From: a virus
Lineage: Duplodnaviria > Caudoviricetes
IMG/VR virus record: IMGVR_UViG_3300022695_000058
Coordinates: 1 to 28,289 of that record
Length of the DNA stretch: 28,289 bases
Direction: 5' to 3' (one strand)
Shown here piece after piece: positions 25,197 through 28,289 of this stretch. A program made the translations under genes and the position numbers. The notes under the pieces were generated by a model, which saw only the letters and a list, made by a program, of their open reading frames with translations, was not told the DNA's origin and did no database searches. Numbering within the stretch: the stretch's first letter is position 1; the number at the start of each line of letters is the position of its first letter.

Positions 25197-25486
25197 ATGA
25201 ATACAAAAATATAATTGCTATATTTAAGCTGGAAGATACATTTAATTACGTTCTCATTGAGAATGGTAAAATTATCGATGAGATTTACGAATTTCAAAGT
25301 GACTACCAAATGCGTGATAATAATGTTATTTTTTCTGAGTTCGATGATATTGAACAAACATCTATTGAACTTAAACGGTTCAGCATCTTTTCAACAGATG
25401 GAAGTGTTCCAAATCCCGTTATTAATGTATTAAAAGAGGGTGAACTTTATTCTGTTATTCAGACACTGTATTCTGAATTATCTTAA
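25197..25486 (+). pseudogene. Hypothetical gene frameshifted at A5 (25205-25209); end LYSELS may be a degenerate tag
   Basis: AAGGAG RBS + ATG 25197; adding one A opens the frame to TAA 25484-25486. Confidence 0.55.
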
Positions 25487-25554
25487 TAAGGAATGTGATA
25501 ATTTATGTATAAATCAGTTAAAACTGTATAAATATATGAACAAAATGAGGTTTT

Positions 25555-25821
25555 ATGAATTATCATAATATGACCAATTCAGAATTAGTTAATGAATGTG
25601 TATCTAGTGATATTGATTCTTTAATATATATTCTTGGTGAACGTCTAAGTGCAATTTTAGACATCGATGAAACAAGTGTAGATGATTTGAAAATCGAAAT
25701 AAATCAATTAGAAGCACGATATGATTCACTGTATGATAATTATTCTATTCTTGAAGATGAAAATGATAGATTATCAGATATCGAAGATAGATATTATGGA
25801 TTATTATTAAATAATGAATAA
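25555..25821 (+). CDS. Acidic coiled-coil-like hypothetical protein
   Basis: GAGG RBS; TATAAATA at 25527-25534; heptad Leu pattern. Confidence 0.65.
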   Translation: MNYHNMTNSELVNECVSSDIDSLIYILGERLSAILDIDETSVDDLKIEINQLEARYDSLYDNYSILEDENDRLSDIEDRYYGLLLNNE

Positions 25822-26059
25822 ACAAAACTCAAACGATATTATTAGTACTATAGCAAATCGTTCAATGAACATTTACGATGATGCAGAAGATTGTTTATAT
25901 GCAATCAAAATTCTCAATAAACATCATATAAGCATTAGATCTGTGGATAATGGTTTGGCATATAGTGCTTATTTTGAAAAAACGAAAACATGGTTAAATG
26001 CTTATGTGAAATATCAAAATGCTATAGCATCAGCATTGTTAACATTGGAGATTGAATGA
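25814..26059 (+). CDS. Hypothetical protein, probable paralog of 5801-6115
   Basis: Manual similarity; overlaps on both sides. Confidence 0.65.
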   Translation: MNKQNSNDIISTIANRSMNIYDDAEDCLYAIKILNKHHISIRSVDNGLAYSAYFEKTKTWLNAYVKYQNAIASALLTLEIE

Positions 26060-27636
26060 ATACATCGTTTGAAACTATTATTCTTAAAAAGTTGACTCAT
26101 TCTGGAGAATACTTTGGCAAATGCATGCCTATTCTTAAAAAGAAATTTTTTACAGAAACAGGCAATCAAGAATTATTTGCATTAATTCAAACTTATTATC
26201 TGAAATATAGGAATATCCCATCATTAACTGAACTAGTAGCATCTGTAAGAGGATTGAGCAATTCTGAGATTCGGGAAGAAGTAGTTAAATCCTTACAAGA
26301 AATAAACAAAACTGAAGAACTAACTAATTTAGAATTTGCTTGTGATGAAACCGTTCAATGGATTAAAGATGCATTGTATATGGAAGCACTCATGATAGGT
26401 TCTGAAGGTTTAATGAAAAAGAACAACGAAATGAAGCTGAAAGCTAAACAAATCATGGAAGAAATGGCAAAAGTTAATATTGATAGTGATTTAGGTTTAG
26501 ACTTCGATGACATCGATGACATGATTGCTTATTATTCTGCTAAAAATGTTGGCATTATATCTCAACATGATGAACTCAATAAACGATTGGGTCCTGGATT
26601 TTTACCCGGAACCCTTTCTATTATTCTTGCCGCCGCTTCTGTAGGTAAATCATTAATGATGACCGATTTAATTAGTGGTATTTTTGTGAAAAATAAAAAT
26701 ATTCTTTTAGTTTCATTGGAAATGGCTGATAAAGAAATTATGAAAAGAGTACATGCTAATGCTATGGACCTTCCTATCAATTCTTTATTGGATCTCAATA
26801 AATCTGATGCATATTTAAATAAAATTAAAGATAGAAGTATTCTAACCAAAGAAGAAATCATCCAAGCATATAATAAAGTGAAAATGGATGGCACTTGTGG
26901 TAAATTGTTCATTAAAGATTATGCAGCAGGATCATTCACTCCTCTTATGCTTGAACAACTATTAGAATCATATCAAATCGAAAAACAAACAAAATTCGAC
27001 CTGGTAATCATTGACTATCTGGGCTTAATGGCATCAGATCTTGTAACACCATCAGCAGGATTATACTCTTATATCAAATCAATCGGTGAAGAAACTAGAG
27101 CAGTTGCAAAAAAAGCTAATGTTCCTATTCTTAGCGCTTCCCAACTTAATCGAAGTGCTACTAATAAAGATGATGCAGATAATAGTAGTATTTCTGATTC
27201 CATGGGAACAGCTATGACCGCTGACTTCATGCTGTTTCTTTTACAAAACGAAGAAATGAAAATTCAAAAACAAATCGCATGCAAAGTTACTAAAAATCGG
27301 TTCAATGGTCGAACAGATACATGGATAATGGGCATCGATTATGAACATATGCGTTTCCATGATATAGCAATACAAAATAATGAATACAATAATGGTAATT
27401 CTAATATCGATATTGAACCAATTGGTAAAAATACCGGACTGCAAAGCGATTTCGGCGTCATTACAGCAGAAAGCCAAAAAAATGCGGAATCATTCGTTAA
27501 ACAGGAAATTAGTGATATTCATCGAAATGATGCCGCAAAACTCGCAGAAACTAATGCTGAATCTAATAAATCGGGAGCAGATCCTTTCGAAGATGATATG
27601 GCACAAATATATAAAGATTTAGATATAGATCTATAA
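26056..27636 (+). CDS. 41: Replicative DnaB-family helicase (T4 gp41-like)
   Basis: Walker A AAASVGKS, SLEM, IIDYL, SASQLNR, KNRFNG; long acidic C-terminal extension. Confidence 0.93.
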   Translation: MNTSFETIILKKLTHSGEYFGKCMPILKKKFFTETGNQELFALIQTYYLKYRNIPSLTELVASVRGLSNSEIREEVVKSLQEINKTEELTNLEFACDETVQWIKDALYMEALMIGSEGLMKKNNEMKLKAKQIMEEMAKVNIDSDLGLDFDDIDDMIAYYSAKNVGIISQHDELNKRLGPGFLPGTLSIILAAASVGKSLMMTDLISGIFVKNKNILLVSLEMADKEIMKRVHANAMDLPINSLLDLNKSDAYLNKIKDRSILTKEEIIQAYNKVKMDGTCGKLFIKDYAAGSFTPLMLEQLLESYQIEKQTKFDLVIIDYLGLMASDLVTPSAGLYSYIKSIGEETRAVAKKANVPILSASQLNRSATNKDDADNSSISDSMGTAMTADFMLFLLQNEEMKIQKQIACKVTKNRFNGRTDTWIMGIDYEHMRFHDIAIQNNEYNNGNSNIDIEPIGKNTGLQSDFGVITAESQKNAESFVKQEISDIHRNDAAKLAETNAESNKSGADPFEDDMAQIYKDLDIDL

Positions 27637-27649
27637 TTCTTATCATCTA

Positions 27650-27657
27650 TATAAATA
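27650..27657 (+). promoter_or_regulatory. T4-type late promoter TATAAATA
   Basis: Exact consensus upstream of a GAGG RBS and a head-protein-like ORF. Confidence 0.65.
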
Positions 27658-27681
27658 ACTCTATATTAAAAGAGGTTATAA

Positions 27682-28212
27682 ATGATTAAATTTAAAGAAT
27701 ACTTACAAGAAGAATCAAATACATATAAAGAAATAATCGATACACTTACAGATATGGCAGATGAAGAAATCTGCCAATTCGGTGATTATCTTTTTGATAC
27801 ATTCTTTGATGATTCAGAAGAAGAAGCAGAAGAAGAAGAAATCTTCAATTTAAATGATATTAAACAAATGCTAAAACTACTGGATTCTGATACATATACA
27901 ATGATATTAGATGACTTGATGCCATCAGATATTCATACAAATTCAGCAAATGTAATCTATAATATGGATGAATCTGTTTCTCGAAGATTTATGAAAAGTA
28001 ATTCTAATCATAAAAAACGCAAATTCATGGCTAATTCTAAATCCGACCTTAGAAAAACTAAAGCAAGTCGGAAAAGAGATAATCGTGCCAATAAAGCAGC
28101 TAGAAAACGGTATTATAGAACAAATAAATCAAAAATTAAACAATATCAAAAATCTAGAAATGCCGCTATTAAAAAAGGTAAACATAAAGTTAAAATTCGA
28201 AGAAATACATAA
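27682..28212 (+). CDS. Late protein with acidic N-half and very basic C-half (possible prohead core or internal head protein)
   Basis: MIKFKEYLQE start resembles the T4 capsid-targeting sequence; K/R-rich tail recalls gp68. Confidence 0.5.
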   Translation: MIKFKEYLQEESNTYKEIIDTLTDMADEEICQFGDYLFDTFFDDSEEEAEEEEIFNLNDIKQMLKLLDSDTYTMILDDLMPSDIHTNSANVIYNMDESVSRRFMKSNSNHKKRKFMANSKSDLRKTKASRKRDNRANKAARKRYYRTNKSKIKQYQKSRNAAIKKGKHKVKIRRNT

Positions 28213-28289
28213 TTATTGTTCTATTATAAAGAATTTAACTTTTTAAGCAGTATAATTGTACATTTGTGCATTTGACCAACTGGTGATAA

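Noticed and set aside
615-27477. Minus-strand ORFs and nested alternative-frame + ORFs in the track (e.g. 615-836, 5432-5734, 9056-9358, 8614-8805, 18719-18913, 25215-25433, 26562-26912, 27380-27622)
   Set aside because: They lie inside better-supported + strand genes and lack recognisable motifs; treated as shadow ORFs
1-28289. tRNA/rRNA genes, transposases, homing endonucleases
   Set aside because: No cloverleaf-like GC-rich segments or HNH, GIY-YIG, LAGLIDADG or DDE motifs recognised by eye

Overview
AT-rich, almost entirely + strand window of a large T4-like myovirus genome. Core replication genes are scattered: clamp loader gp44 (28-966), a family-B DNA polymerase split into gp43A and gp43B around a small Cys4 ORF, clamp loader gp62, and helicase gp41. 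Between them is a ~20 kb accessory region driven by repeated GTTGACA-N16-TATAAT early promoters. The most striking feature is a family of about 23 small ORFs with several apparently unrelated N-terminal domains that all end in the same C-terminal tag, (P)E-x-x-V/I-stop. The family also includes a 13-aa tag-only mini-ORF and direct repeats of tag-coding DNA. Four tandem DUF285/BspA-type repeat proteins carry a second C-terminal tag (G[ST][HY][RK][KQ]WL[DL]L). The phage also encodes an SspB-like ClpXP adaptor with an intact LRIVK ClpX-binding tail. Hypothesis (inference only): a modular 'variable domain + docking tail' system, possibly for targeted proteolysis. Other content: a beta-class DNA methyltransferase with an in-frame TAA, a DHH phosphoesterase, a head-only tRNA nucleotidyltransferase, a lipoprotein, many 9-15 bp tandem repeats at gene ends, and several single-base frameshifts that may be sequencing errors. 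All family calls come from motif recognition by eye; no searches were run.
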